Virus record (IMG/VR): IMGVR_UViG_3300035676_000010
Coordinates: 1 to 51,181 of that record
Origin: a virus
Taxonomy: Duplodnaviria; Caudoviricetes
Direction: 5' to 3' (one strand)
DNA length: 51,181 nucleotides
Shown: piece after piece, positions 10,401 to 19,224 of the stretch
Layout: the number at the start of each line of letters is the position of its first letter
Numbering within the stretch: the stretch's first letter is position 1
Program-made: the position numbers and the translations under genes
The notes under the pieces: model-generated
The model's input: the letters and a program-made list of their open reading frames with translations, nothing else
Told to the model about the DNA's origin: nothing
Databases searched by the model: none

Positions 10401-11392
10401 TTCTGCTCGTTCGGCGTATTGGCGAATCGGGTGAAGGACGTGCTGACAGTATCGTTGCACCTTTTGTGGATATTCCAAGCGTGCTGGCCTTTATCAACAA
10501 GGGGCAGGGATTGCGCTCCTCTCATTCGGGTGAAGTATTCACGTCGGCGCGGCACAAGTTCTACAACGGTATCATCAAGGAAGCCGTCGAGACGTGGGCT
10601 GCGAAGAACCTGCCGGGTACGGCAGTCGTTGGTAATAAGGTGACGGGTCCGCTGTTCGCCAAGATGTTCGGCGCGGTGATTGCAGGAGCCCGCGCGCAGT
10701 ACTTGACAAAGCAGGGGACGGTCGCTGCGTTGAAGGGCGGCGAGCCTACGATGGGCTTGCTGACGAGCATCTCCAACGGGCAGCGTAATCTCGTCGCGTC
10801 GATTGCGGACATGATGACGCTGACTGAAAAGGCGGGTAAGACCAGATTCCAGCGCGCGTTCCGCGTTGAGACTGAAGGGCTGGCTGGCGCTATCAGAAAG
10901 GAAACTGATCCGTTCAAGCGCTACGTCATGGAGAAGATGCCTGACGTGTCGGAACTGCCCGTAGCCATGTCGCCCGAGCTTCGCGCACAGTGGGTTACGA
11001 CGTTCGCTGACATCTTCGACAATGCCCTCAGTGTAGCAGCGGGCAAGCGTAAGATTTCCCAAGAGGACCTCGCGTGGATCATTATCGGTAGGGATGCGAA
11101 GCTCAATGCGGAAGTGCGAAAGTCGCTCAACCTGCCGAAGCGCGTGACGCCGAGGGCCAAGACGCAACCCGCTACTCCTGCTACGCCAAAGGAAGCGTTT
11201 GGATTGCGTAGTCTGCTGGCGTCTTCGCAGTACAAGGACATCAAGGAGGCGGTGCTGTCTGACCGCAGGGGTTTCGTTTCCAAGGAAGCTGTCGAAGCCC
11301 GGTCTTCTGCGTACCTCAAGTCGTACTACGACTTCCGCAATACCATCAACCGTGGCCTGCCCAAGATGCTTCCTCCGCCGAGAGAGGGCTAA
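7451..11392 (+). CDS. Large putative internal virion protein
   Basis: 1313 aa; GTGA overlap with the upstream gene; no recognisable catalytic motif. Confidence 0.55.
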   Translation: MRLLLGSEVLEPLVKGAMEIWENPSVRSALTSELMSTTTVPRNELADLAERAVGNADMFDSLRVFDVAIRHEEKLNFFRAGVIPKELSDIAIDAARSPIASHAANGIPISQTVRVLEAGRAAAAGQRARLELEMDKVTRPIFEQYAPRLEPAVKRRDDALNAWNAIVPELYKVPYTIDQTFISNVVTSFRRAENEYQRAVTAVDEIVKDRARVLTEARRPFMLPMAQYRAAEADITARLNTLSKRAMSEDVLRAEREHKRASAEYMKQFEGWEVGSKLRPLAYDEKPGRLLSYDAMSDAERLQTLHEFRVFAGDPNVTNFAAAMQHDKFGEYLLLEGFEGVALKDNRGKTLRWSLDLTRGGPFKVPSDSAAANYFHEITRWSARPNLSATDIRFDTAHKFIRTYDGMLQIRRLAVTGSDPQRLGELLSQVLPEAKDNGRLVSAMNETLDMLDSQGLLRGYETHPSLVMWNQMRASEESTQTIAGIVMANMDAPGAGLVKRGAAEMDSTFSADLYELMATRSGLTHADRPEVAAAIDEISDPSLYRSPAVAKGLSVVPDAAVLMDPELAAARGFEIPWGGVVDLAHDSPDDVSRLMARNMVEGMLGGDVTWDEPREVVVKKLADVTKRLRIKAHDQKEAVNKLTRYAPVYGRHVVRSVTYLEQQIQDLGLVMHAFLRDITVDRPEFKKNMAKVLGGRLSKRGAVEEAVGAIKRIGESPDQSHWYDMWATVKNVIRARQEKLSALRDKLIDEHMVGVDELIRADLAKESKKTLASGIEVQTVTSLAGRIRKAEAEAAKGGATPRLLTSAQLDMYEQSIVDGLDDSIRLEDAIDRAFTGGGTTRMTITEADKIAVGGTGTKSYLSTIMDDLGAMGYEAEIIPIGAPLDDATAYRMLEDISSLKGRHIEGGGKSSPSIFHQLFTTPTGSRISFTQAFGKGAKRSKEWDTGTAYAIKGKSAGEAFMNALDPRVRSVFFETPRPSNIRHVLLVRRIGESGEGRADSIVAPFVDIPSVLAFINKGQGLRSSHSGEVFTSARHKFYNGIIKEAVETWAAKNLPGTAVVGNKVTGPLFAKMFGAVIAGARAQYLTKQGTVAALKGGEPTMGLLTSISNGQRNLVASIADMMTLTEKAGKTRFQRAFRVETEGLAGAIRKETDPFKRYVMEKMPDVSELPVAMSPELRAQWVTTFADIFDNALSVAAGKRKISQEDLAWIIIGRDAKLNAEVRKSLNLPKRVTPRAKTQPATPATPKEAFGLRSLLASSQYKDIKEAVLSDRRGFVSKEAVEARSSAYLKSYYDFRNTINRGLPKMLPPPREG

Positions 11393-11395
11393 TTC

Positions 11396-14300
11396 ATGGC
11401 GATTCCATTCGATGCAGTCGTCGGCAGAAACGTCAACAAGTTCGGACAGCTTGTTGAGACGATGGCTGACAACAGCGTGTGGGACGGCTTTCAGAAGGTG
11501 CTAAAGGGCTTCTTCGCCAAGCCGTCCACGGACTTCACGAACTACGGCGCGGGGCTGAAGGCGTCCGTATACAAGCTGTTCCAGTTCGATCAGGCCCAGC
11601 GCGCTCACTACAATGAGTTCATGGGCGACATCACAGCGCTGAAGCGGTTGGGCTTTGACAAGGATGACCAGCCCTATTGGAAGGCGGGATTCAATCTGCT
11701 GGATACGTTGCCCGCGCAGGTCATCATGGACACGCCGCTGGAGAAGTGGAACGCAGATGATATGGCAGCGGCCAGCGTGGAGTGGATTCGCGGGATGAAG
11801 GCGGACGAAACCAACGCGGCTGAGATGGTGTTGAAGTATGACAATCGCTACCTTGATGAAGATCGTATTGATCCCGAGGCAATCCGCGGCTGGCTCGGGA
11901 CGCTGAGCGACTTGCAGAAGAAGCATCTCCAGCGGTTGAGCACGAACCTGCACAACATTCGGGAGATGGCTGTCGAGTCCAAGCGTCACCAGCTTATGAC
12001 GGAGTGGAATACGTATTCCGAGATTGCCAAGCGCAGCGGTCAGGAGTTGAAGCCGCTGTCGGAGAAGGCGATCAATCGCCGGATCAGGAAGGACTTGGGT
12101 CCGACTGTCACGTCGTACATCCCACATTTTGTGTACGACATGTTCCAAGATGATCGGATGGCCGGGCACCTGTGGCGGCTGGCGGGTGAGAGTCAGGATG
12201 TCGCGGACCTTGGACGAGAGGTCGGCTCCATCATCCGTACGATGCCCGATCAGGAAATCCTTGACGCGCAGGGCATGACGAAGGAGAAGTGGCTGGCTGC
12301 GGAGTTGAATCAGCGCGTGTTCAACGGCGACGGCGATTACATGGAGTGGATGCCGACCGCCCAGCGGTTGCTGCGGCATACTCCGCGCCTCGCGTCGATT
12401 GGCAACGACGGCGCTGCGATTGCGCGCGAGATGAACCTTCACATGTACATCAAGTTCCACCAACGGCGCATGTCGGACTCTGTGAACGAAGGGCTGCTCA
12501 ATCCTTTCACGCGCATGGAGGATTATGTCGCGCCCATATTGAAGGACCGCTACATGGGTCCGGCGGTCGCAGGTGTGCGGTTCGCGGCGTTGGGATTGGA
12601 GGACGTAGACAAGGCAGCGTCGGCGCGGCTCAACGCATGGTTGAACTCGATGACGGGGACGAAGCAGCCCTACGGTATTGAGTACATCATGCGCGCTTCG
12701 CCGGGAGCAGCGCGTTTCATCAACCGCGCGAACTCGCTGGCAACGAATGCGATCTACACCAAGTTTCTCTACGCGAATACGTCCACGGCGCTGCTGAACT
12801 TGACACAGCCGTTTCAGTTCGGCATGGGAAAGTTCGGCTGGGCAGCGGCTCCCGGCGCGTTCAAGTTGATGATGGACCCGAAGTATGGGCATGTGATGGA
12901 TTCGCTGGAGCGGGCTGCGCTCACGGAGTCGAGCATCGGCGCGCTGCTTGGCGGGCGCGCATTCCACAGCGCGATTGACGGATTCAAGTTCTACTCTGGC
13001 GGAGAGCATTATGGATTCACGAAACAGATCGGTGAGTTGACGCAGAACTTGCGGCTGGCTGGCTCTCAGGAAGAGGCTAACCGCTATATGCGGGGTGCGG
13101 CATTCGATGTGTTGAAGAGTGCCGGGTCCTTCATGGCGCTGGCCGAGTTGGCGGTGCGTCAGTTCACCAGTACGGGCGCCGCAATCCGCTCTGCCCTTCA
13201 GCAGTTGGAGGAACAGGGTGGGCGCATGGCGATGAGTGGAGCAGGCGAGCTACAGGTCGTCATGCCAGACGGCAAGCTCGTAGACGTGTTTGAGGAACTT
13301 GCTCTCTCCGCGCCGAAGAATCCGAAGATGGTTTCGGTATTCGATGAAGTTGCTGGCGAGTCGGAGATGCTGAACTGGAACCGCATCGTCCTCGACGCGA
13401 CGGCGGACAACGCGGATATCAACTTCGTCATGAGTAGTGCTAACTACAGTCAGTTTGAGCGTAATGTCAGGGATTACCTTCCGATCATCGGACCCGCAGC
13501 GGCCACGTTCACGAACTACCAGATGTCCGTGGCAAACCGTCTGGCGGCGGACGTGATGACGCTGGCGCGGGCAGGCGGCAAGGCAATGGGTGCCTCCCTC
13601 AAGCAGCCGATGAGGAGCGGGGACGCGGCTAGGGCCGCCCAGCGGCTGTTGCGGTACCAAGCAGGCACCTTGCTCATCGGTGGGCCGTTCGCCTTCGGTG
13701 CGGCCATCGACAGCGCGCTGGGTATCGCTCACGCGCTGGACCCGTCGATCCCTGAGTCCAGCGATGACCCTGGCGTGAAGGGGGTCCTGCGTGGGCTGGA
13801 GAAGTTCTCGCTGACGGGAGTGACGGGTATCGACTACTCCTCCCGCGTGGGACCGGAGCTACCCACGGGGTTCGTGACAGGCGGTAGGTTCCTTGACAAC
13901 GGGTTGGCGGAATGGGTGTCCGATGCGTGGGTGGGATTTTCGCCGGTAAGCAAGGGCCGACCCGAAGATAAAGCGAAGGCACGGTATAACTGGCTGGGCG
14001 CATTCGCTAAGTACTTCGACGCGGAGAGTGGATACGAATACGGAGCGAATCCTGTGGGCCGGTCGAACCCGTTGATGCCCATGTTCTTGTACAACATGGC
14101 ACAGATGGTCGTCGATCTGCACGCACAACAGAATGGGGAACCGCTCCGAAACGAGCTTGGCTATGGAGTCGAATTGCCTCCTGGCGAAGAGGAAATCATC
14201 AAACGGGGATTCCTCGGTAGGACCATCTTGAAGCGCGAGATGATGAAGCGCGTTGCGCAGGACAGGCCGGAACTCGCTGAGGAATTGAAGTCGCTGCGGC

Positions 14301-14665
14301 AGAACTTCTACCGGGCTATGGTCGAAAAGGATATTGGTGCCGCACGGGCCGTCAACAAGCGCATGCATGAACTGGTACCCATTGAAGGCGAAGACGACAC
14401 ACTTGTTCACCCGGATCTCAATTACGATCAGGGCGATGCGCGTAACTACATGCTAAAGAAGTATGGTACTATCGAGATCCGACAGCTTATGAACGCGTCG
14501 CCCAGCATGAAGCGTGTTGAAGCACGCAACGCGTTGGCAGATATCAAGATGCTTGGCGGCATGGATGAGCGTGGAAATATTGATTGGGCGAAGATTGAGT
14601 CCAGCGATAATCCTGAGCTTACGGGTGCGGCTATCCGCTTGCAGATTGCGCTGGGCGGCGACTAG
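11396..14665 (+). CDS. Large putative internal virion/ejection protein
   Basis: 1089 aa. N.STALLNLTQ and FTNYQ..-type motifs plus hydrophobic C-terminal segments resemble the last podovirus ejection protein; last gene of the late arm. Confidence 0.6.
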   Translation: MAIPFDAVVGRNVNKFGQLVETMADNSVWDGFQKVLKGFFAKPSTDFTNYGAGLKASVYKLFQFDQAQRAHYNEFMGDITALKRLGFDKDDQPYWKAGFNLLDTLPAQVIMDTPLEKWNADDMAAASVEWIRGMKADETNAAEMVLKYDNRYLDEDRIDPEAIRGWLGTLSDLQKKHLQRLSTNLHNIREMAVESKRHQLMTEWNTYSEIAKRSGQELKPLSEKAINRRIRKDLGPTVTSYIPHFVYDMFQDDRMAGHLWRLAGESQDVADLGREVGSIIRTMPDQEILDAQGMTKEKWLAAELNQRVFNGDGDYMEWMPTAQRLLRHTPRLASIGNDGAAIAREMNLHMYIKFHQRRMSDSVNEGLLNPFTRMEDYVAPILKDRYMGPAVAGVRFAALGLEDVDKAASARLNAWLNSMTGTKQPYGIEYIMRASPGAARFINRANSLATNAIYTKFLYANTSTALLNLTQPFQFGMGKFGWAAAPGAFKLMMDPKYGHVMDSLERAALTESSIGALLGGRAFHSAIDGFKFYSGGEHYGFTKQIGELTQNLRLAGSQEEANRYMRGAAFDVLKSAGSFMALAELAVRQFTSTGAAIRSALQQLEEQGGRMAMSGAGELQVVMPDGKLVDVFEELALSAPKNPKMVSVFDEVAGESEMLNWNRIVLDATADNADINFVMSSANYSQFERNVRDYLPIIGPAAATFTNYQMSVANRLAADVMTLARAGGKAMGASLKQPMRSGDAARAAQRLLRYQAGTLLIGGPFAFGAAIDSALGIAHALDPSIPESSDDPGVKGVLRGLEKFSLTGVTGIDYSSRVGPELPTGFVTGGRFLDNGLAEWVSDAWVGFSPVSKGRPEDKAKARYNWLGAFAKYFDAESGYEYGANPVGRSNPLMPMFLYNMAQMVVDLHAQQNGEPLRNELGYGVELPPGEEEIIKRGFLGRTILKREMMKRVAQDRPELAEELKSLRQNFYRAMVEKDIGAARAVNKRMHELVPIEGEDDTLVHPDLNYDQGDARNYMLKKYGTIEIRQLMNASPSMKRVEARNALADIKMLGGMDERGNIDWAKIESSDNPELTGAAIRLQIALGGD

Positions 14666-14667
14666 GC

Positions 14668-14707
14668 AAAAAAAATAGACCCCCACGGTCGGTTAGGACC
14701 GTGGGGG
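14668..14707 (-). terminator. Rho-independent terminator between the convergent arms
   Basis: 11-bp stem CCCCCACGGTC/GACCGTGGGGG with an A8 tract on its left (U-tract on the minus strand). Confidence 0.8.
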
Positions 14708-16135
14708 CCTCTTCGCTGTAACGGATTCGAGCCCTTTCTCCGTCAGGGAGAAGATGCGCTCGCCCGCCGCGGTTCCTGCTGCAATATCCTTATGATAGAT
14801 CAGCGTGTCAAGGGCCGTGCGGATTTCAGGAGCGCGGTGTTTGTTCCGTAGCGCGCGGGTTATGTCTTGCTGCGACATCGACTTACGCTTGCGGCGAAGG
14901 AGTTGGATGATATCCTCGTAGATTTGCTGGGATTCGTTAGTGTTGATGACGCGGAGTACGTTGTCTACTGTGGAGTCTAGCCAGTCAACCAAGCGTACAG
15001 CGTATTCAGCCGTGTCGAGTTTGACGACGCTTCCTCTGTGTTCCAATAAGTTGATAATTTGTGCCAGCTTGAGTGCATGTACATGGGCGCGTTCGATGAA
15101 CGGCATGTGCCACTCAGCGGCGGCAGCAGACCGCTGAGGTAATTGATTTTCATACCAATCCGTCATGTAAGCAAGCGCCTGTGGGTCCAACATCATCATG
15201 TCAGGCACGTCCACAAGCGCATCCGCAATGTGGGATAGCATGTCCTGACCGGCTTGCTTCGGCACTATCGGATGGAACCGCCAATGTTTCTTGCTCTGTG
15301 CGGTAACGATGGCGGTGCGGGGAAAGAACCCGCCTTTCAGCAGTGATGGTGGCATTTCGACGAGCCATTCCATCGTTGTACCGGCGAGCAGCACGACATA
15401 TAGGTTGTATGCTTCTACGATCCGCGATGACAACCCGCGTTTCCACTCGTCGGGACACTTGAACCAGTCCGTCAACCAGATGGGTATCTCACCCTTGTAG
15501 CCTTCCTTGCGTCCGCCCATCAGCACGCGCATCTCGTCCACGGCCAGCATGCCGTCGCCCGTACCTGTCTCGGAGAAGCGCGTAGCGAGGTTATCTACCA
15601 TGCCCTGCGCGCTTCCTTCAACGGGCAGCACGTTCAACTGCGGCCACGCGTTACGGATGATGGTGATGGCAATGTCGATGGAGGAGTCTTTACGAGAACC
15701 TGATGGACCTACTAGGACTGTGTACATGTTAGGGAAGATCGGATACGGTCCCAGCATGATGCGTGTACGCCGCGCCAACGCAGCACTAAACGCCGTAAGA
15801 AGCGAGAAGGCGTGGTACTGTGGCGGAGATTCCTGTTCAGAAAGCCAATCGACGTAGCGCTTGACGGTGCCGGAAAGCGGCACGCCATCGCCGCTGGTAT
15901 CATCCGTCTCGGGCGGCTGCGGAACGTAAGCAACGAGTCTTAGCGCATCTTCATACGGTACTTGGAACGCAGCAGCAAACATCAGGATGATCTCCTGTGC
16001 TTGTGCTTCGTTCACGGATGCCAACGTTTGCGCCAAGGACTGTGCCGCTTCCGCCATCGCTGGGTTGCTGGCGTCGTACTTCCCTTTCCATGAGGACAGC
16101 TTTGCTCTCCACAACTCCAGCGATACGTTTGTCAT
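14693..16135 (-). CDS. DUF3987/YfjI-family AAA+ ATPase, putative replicative helicase with C-terminal winged helix
   Basis: ESPPQYH, IFPNMYTVLVGPSGSRKDSSI (Walker A variant), MLAVDE (Walker B), GGFFPR (Arg finger) and a wHTH-like C-terminus. No primase domain visible. Confidence 0.75.
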   Translation of the reverse strand: MTNVSLELWRAKLSSWKGKYDASNPAMAEAAQSLAQTLASVNEAQAQEIILMFAAAFQVPYEDALRLVAYVPQPPETDDTSGDGVPLSGTVKRYVDWLSEQESPPQYHAFSLLTAFSAALARRTRIMLGPYPIFPNMYTVLVGPSGSRKDSSIDIAITIIRNAWPQLNVLPVEGSAQGMVDNLATRFSETGTGDGMLAVDEMRVLMGGRKEGYKGEIPIWLTDWFKCPDEWKRGLSSRIVEAYNLYVVLLAGTTMEWLVEMPPSLLKGGFFPRTAIVTAQSKKHWRFHPIVPKQAGQDMLSHIADALVDVPDMMMLDPQALAYMTDWYENQLPQRSAAAAEWHMPFIERAHVHALKLAQIINLLEHRGSVVKLDTAEYAVRLVDWLDSTVDNVLRVINTNESQQIYEDIIQLLRRKRKSMSQQDITRALRNKHRAPEIRTALDTLIYHKDIAAGTAAGERIFSLTEKGLESVTAKRPPRS

Positions 16136-16141
16136 AGGTCG

Positions 16142-16342
16142 CTATCGGTTTCGGTCGCAGCCGCATTTCTTGCTGATGACAAGCATGGCAATGAGATTGA
16201 GGACGGCTGTACCAACCTGTCCGCAGAACGGGCAGTAGAAGGTTGCTCCTGCTTCTGTGGCAGCCAAGGCTGATCCAGATGCGTTTGTGGTGTAGGACGA
16301 CTGAGTGCTCGGCGGCGGCGTTCCAGATTGTATGCGAGCCAT
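16142..16342 (-). CDS. Small Zn-ribbon-like protein
   Basis: CPFC...CGC motif; sits directly upstream of the helicase-like gene. Confidence 0.4.
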   Translation of the reverse strand: MARIQSGTPPPSTQSSYTTNASGSALAATEAGATFYCPFCGQVGTAVLNLIAMLVISKKCGCDRNR

Positions 16343-16354
16343 GATATCTGCTCT

Positions 16355-16981
16355 CTATCTGGGAACAGCCATGTCAAAAATCCCATCTATGCCACTCCTT
16401 CTGTGGGTAATCAGCCCCACCTTATTTGGCGTATCAAGTACTCTTATAGAATACTCGGGATGCTTGGTAGTGAAACGGCGTGCAGCAAAGGCAACTTCAA
16501 TCCAACAAAGATCGTGAAGCAAGATGTCGGCAGGTCCGTTAGAGTGATCGAGACACCATTCAAGATCCGCCTCAACGGCTTCAAACACATGTAGTCCGTC
16601 GATGAAGAACAGATCGAAGTAGGTATCGACCAAGGCGCGTCCACCGTAGGCACGGATGAGGCAGCCCATGTTCTCAATGCTTAGCAGCCACGGGAATATG
16701 TTCTCTTGTACCCACGGATCAACGTCGATGGTTGCCACGTGGTTAGCGCTTGATGCCAGATATACGGTAGAAATACCTAATCCTGTGCCGATCTCACACA
16801 CGCGTTTGTCTTTTGCCAACATGGCGAGAATATCGCCCTCGTCGGGTGTAATGGACCAGCGCGCAGATTCGCTAAGGGATTTGTACTGCTCGTATCCGGG
16901 CTCACCCGGATCGACGAGAGACGTGAAGTTGCCGTGCTCAAGTCGCTTTAGTGGTATTGGATAGGATTTTGTCGGCATCAT
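16355..16981 (-). CDS. Class I SAM-dependent methyltransferase (Methyltransf_24-like)
   Basis: VCEIGTGLGISTVYLA (motif I), ATIDVD, FDLFFIDGLH, ILLHD. Confidence 0.85.
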   Translation of the reverse strand: MMPTKSYPIPLKRLEHGNFTSLVDPGEPGYEQYKSLSESARWSITPDEGDILAMLAKDKRVCEIGTGLGISTVYLASSANHVATIDVDPWVQENIFPWLLSIENMGCLIRAYGGRALVDTYFDLFFIDGLHVFEAVEADLEWCLDHSNGPADILLHDLCWIEVAFAARRFTTKHPEYSIRVLDTPNKVGLITHRRSGIDGIFDMAVPR

Positions 16982-17171
16982 CGGTATCGTATCCTCTCGT
17001 CACACAAGATGCGTAACCACAAGTGCATGCACGCCGTAGCCACTTGTCGCACCACGGCAGGTGCCCACCGTAACGACGGAGGGCGCGGCGAAGTCTGCGA
17101 ACGAGTTCCTGTTGGCGCTCCAGCTTCATGCGCAGGGGTGGGGGAAGATCATATTCATTGAGGTTAATCAT
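16938..17171 (-). CDS. Hypothetical protein (H..C...CTCG Zn motif)
   Basis: 77 aa; coiled coil followed by GGHLPWC...CTCG. Confidence 0.5.
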   Translation of the reverse strand: MINLNEYDLPPPLRMKLERQQELVRRLRRALRRYGGHLPWCDKWLRRACTCGYASCVTRGYDTDDADKILSNTTKAT

Positions 17172-17468
17172 GAATCACCAGATGACGTTGTTCTTAAAGG
17201 ACAGGCAAGACAACGATGCATGCAATCGCAGTCCAATGCGGTACAATCTTCGCTCCGCTGTTCATAGTGTTCCTCCTGTCTCGACGATGTACGCGTTCTA
17301 AGTAGCCATACAACGCAGGGGACGCGATGTCCCTCTATGTGAAAATGGGTATACTTAGCCCGCAGGACGAAGCCATTACGTTTGGCTATCGACCTTAGCG
17401 TTCGTCGTATATCGCGTACATAATCGTTGAGATGCGCTACTCCACACTCTACGACGCGACCGCAGAAC

Positions 17469-17636
17469 TCACTTCTTCTTTTCACGCTTCTCGTGTTTCT
17501 TTGAGTCGTCCTTTTCACGCTCGGGCTTCCAGCCAGTTTTGCGCATCGTGCCGTAGACGTAGGCATCTGCTCGTTCGCCCTTAAGACCCTTCTTCTTTGC
17601 TTCCTTCTTGAGTTCCTTTTCGAGTTTCTTTGGCAT
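17469..17636 (-). CDS. Small Lys-rich protein (55 aa, absent from ORF track)
   Basis: Translated by hand: MPKKLEKELKKEAKKKGLKGERADAYVYGTMRKTGWKPEREKDDSKKHEKREKKK; GGAGG RBS upstream. Confidence 0.65.
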   Translation of the reverse strand: MPKKLEKELKKEAKKKGLKGERADAYVYGTMRKTGWKPEREKDDSKKHEKREKKK

Positions 17637-17847
17637 GGATGGCGTCCTCCAAGGCAGAGCAAGCCAGACGTACAGCTTCGTAAGACCTAGCAGGACTCAA
17701 TGATAGCATGTTGACGGCCTGTATTACGGCGTCACGGAGATAGATATACTCCGTGGTGTAGTTGGGCGCGGGATCTACCTTGATGCGGACGCATCTGGCG
17801 CAGGGAGCTTCAAGAGAAAGCCCGTGGATGCACATGGTATAGCTCAT
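17581..17847 (-). CDS. Hypothetical protein with N-terminal C.H...C..C motif
   Basis: GGGAGG RBS with ATGA overlap. Confidence 0.55.
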   Translation of the reverse strand: MSYTMCIHGLSLEAPCARCVRIKVDPAPNYTTEYIYLRDAVIQAVNMLSLSPARSYEAVRLACSALEDAIHAKETRKGTQEGSKEEGS

Positions 17848-18053
17848 CGTACCTCCCGCTTCTTATTCTTCGCCGCAAGCGCAATACGCCCCGGCAGCAC
17901 GACAAGCGTAACAAGAAGAACGACGGGCCACAAAAAACCACAGACTGCTGCGGAAAGCGGGTCCATATATCCGCGTTCTCGGTAGTAGATAGTAGATCCC
18001 ACGGAGACAGCTATGACAGTATAGGCAATCGTAGATATCCAGAAAAGGCTCAT
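17844..18053 (-). CDS. Small two-TM membrane protein
   Basis: Two hydrophobic segments, a ..LWP.. motif and a basic tail; coupled ATGA start. Confidence 0.6.
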   Translation of the reverse strand: MSLFWISTIAYTVIAVSVGSTIYYRERGYMDPLSAAVCGFLWPVVLLVTLVVLPGRIALAAKNKKREVR

Positions 18054-18181
18054 GGCTTCCTCCGCTTCAACGCCTCGATCTCGTCTTCCAGCCGGTTGAT
18101 CTTCCTATCCGCGAGCAGGGTGGCAAGAGCGAATCCCACTGTGAATGCCGCTACGCCCATCATAAGCAACGTCGAACTCAT
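18050..18181 (-). CDS. Small single-TM protein
   Basis: MSSTLLMMGVAAFTVGFALATLLADRK...; start reassigned to ATG 18181. Confidence 0.55.
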   Translation of the reverse strand: MSSTLLMMGVAAFTVGFALATLLADRKINRLEDEIEALKRRKP

Positions 18182-18321
18182 CGTCCTAGCCTCTTCGCTT
18201 TCCGACTGATCCACCGATCCTGCGCTGGGCCGATGATCCAGAACACGAGCCAGACTTCCACCGGAATCGTCAGGAAGATGGCCGCATCGAGTCCATTGAT
18301 CCACCACCCGAAGATGCTCAT
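18178..18321 (-). CDS. Small single-TM protein
   Basis: MSIFGWWINGLDAAIFLTIPVEVWLVFWIIGP; GGGAGG RBS. Confidence 0.55.
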   Translation of the reverse strand: MSIFGWWINGLDAAIFLTIPVEVWLVFWIIGPAQDRWISRKAKRLGR

Positions 18322-18331
18322 CGTCCCTCCC

Positions 18332-18613
18332 TCACAAGCACTCAAAGCACGACTGCGCCTTGCGCCAGCGCAGAGCGCAGCCGTCGGGCCACTTGTTCGT
18401 GTCTGCCACGACCATGCCGTCTTCCTCGGAGTTCGGGCAGTACGGAATCTCCCCCCACGCCCGCTTTGACCTATCAACCGGAACGGGGAAGTCGATGGTC
18501 CACACCGACATGTCCTGTGGATTGATGTTGTTCGGCTCCTGCGCCGCGAGCCAGCCGCCGAACAGCAGCACGAACATCCAGATCAGGCACAGGTTCCACG
18601 CTCGTCTACTCAC
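18332..18613 (-). CDS. Small exported Cys-containing protein
   Basis: GTG start with GGGAGG RBS; MSRRAWNLCLIWMFVLLFGGWLAA|QE resembles a signal peptide; four Cys in the mature part. Confidence 0.55.
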   Translation of the reverse strand: MSRRAWNLCLIWMFVLLFGGWLAAQEPNNINPQDMSVWTIDFPVPVDRSKRAWGEIPYCPNSEEDGMVVADTNKWPDGCALRWRKAQSCFECL

Positions 18614-18708
18614 CGCACCTCCCTCTTCCCAAACAATCCGTGAAGCGCCCAACCGCCAAGCACGCCGAGGAACCATGCGAGCAGAGTGCTATCCATCCAG
18701 CCAGTCAC
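18610..18708 (-). CDS. Micro TM peptide (32 aa, absent from ORF track)
   Basis: MTGWMDSTLLAWFLGVLGGWALHGLFGKREVR; GGGAGG RBS and GTGA overlaps at both ends. Confidence 0.5.
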   Translation of the reverse strand: MTGWMDSTLLAWFLGVLGGWALHGLFGKREVR

Positions 18709-18851
18709 CGCACCTCCCGCTTCTCAAACTTCGGGCATCGCTCCGCTGGAAGGTCAGGCCGCTCAAACTCACGCCGGTTTAGCTTGCAGTACAAAGCGGG
18801 AATGAGGCGGATATAGTCCCTATCGCAATGCCGACAGTCTTTGCAGGTCAC
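18705..18851 (-). CDS. Small Cys-rich protein (48 aa, absent from ORF track)
   Basis: MTCKDCRHC...YC...RCPKFEKREVR; coupled starts. Confidence 0.55.
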   Translation of the reverse strand: MTCKDCRHCDRDYIRLIPALYCKLNRREFERPDLPAERCPKFEKREVR

Positions 18852-19093
18852 CGTCCCTCCCGCGCGATCATGCAGATTTGGCAGTCGCAGGGGTAGAGCG
18901 CCGGTAGCCCGGTTTCCGGGTTAAGTGCGTGCTGCTCCGCCTCGCTCTTGATCGCCGTCCGCAGCCGCTCGATCTCATCAAGTGCAGCCTCTCGTTCATC
19001 CACGATCTTCTTGACCTGAGCGTGGATGGCTTCGATCTCCTCCTGCCGTTCCTGACACCCCGCGCAGAAGTTCGTGACCAGCGGTTCACTCAT
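18848..19093 (-). CDS. Small coiled-coil/Zn protein
   Basis: CAGC, a coiled coil, then H...CDCQIC. Confidence 0.55.
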   Translation of the reverse strand: MSEPLVTNFCAGCQERQEEIEAIHAQVKKIVDEREAALDEIERLRTAIKSEAEQHALNPETGLPALYPCDCQICMIAREGR

Positions 19094-19224
19094 CTTCCCT
19101 CCCGTCGTTTACGGTAGACATAGATGGCGAATCCGGTGGTGAAGACTATGGCGAACAATCCGGCTATGCCCAATCCCACGACGAGATATGCTAGCCAGAA
19201 CATCACGTAATCCCAAAAACTCAT
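19090..19224 (-). CDS. Micro TM peptide (44 aa, absent from ORF track)
   Basis: MSFWDYVMFWLAYLVVGLGIAGLFAIVFTTGFAIYVYRKRREGR; GGGAGG RBS. Confidence 0.55.
   Translation of the reverse strand: MSFWDYVMFWLAYLVVGLGIAGLFAIVFTTGFAIYVYRKRREGR

Noticed and set aside
11501-13009. Long antisense ORFs (also 46247-47494, 37197-38240, 10268-11167)
   Set aside because: Shadow frames of GC-rich coding genes on the opposite strand, with no motifs or RBS.
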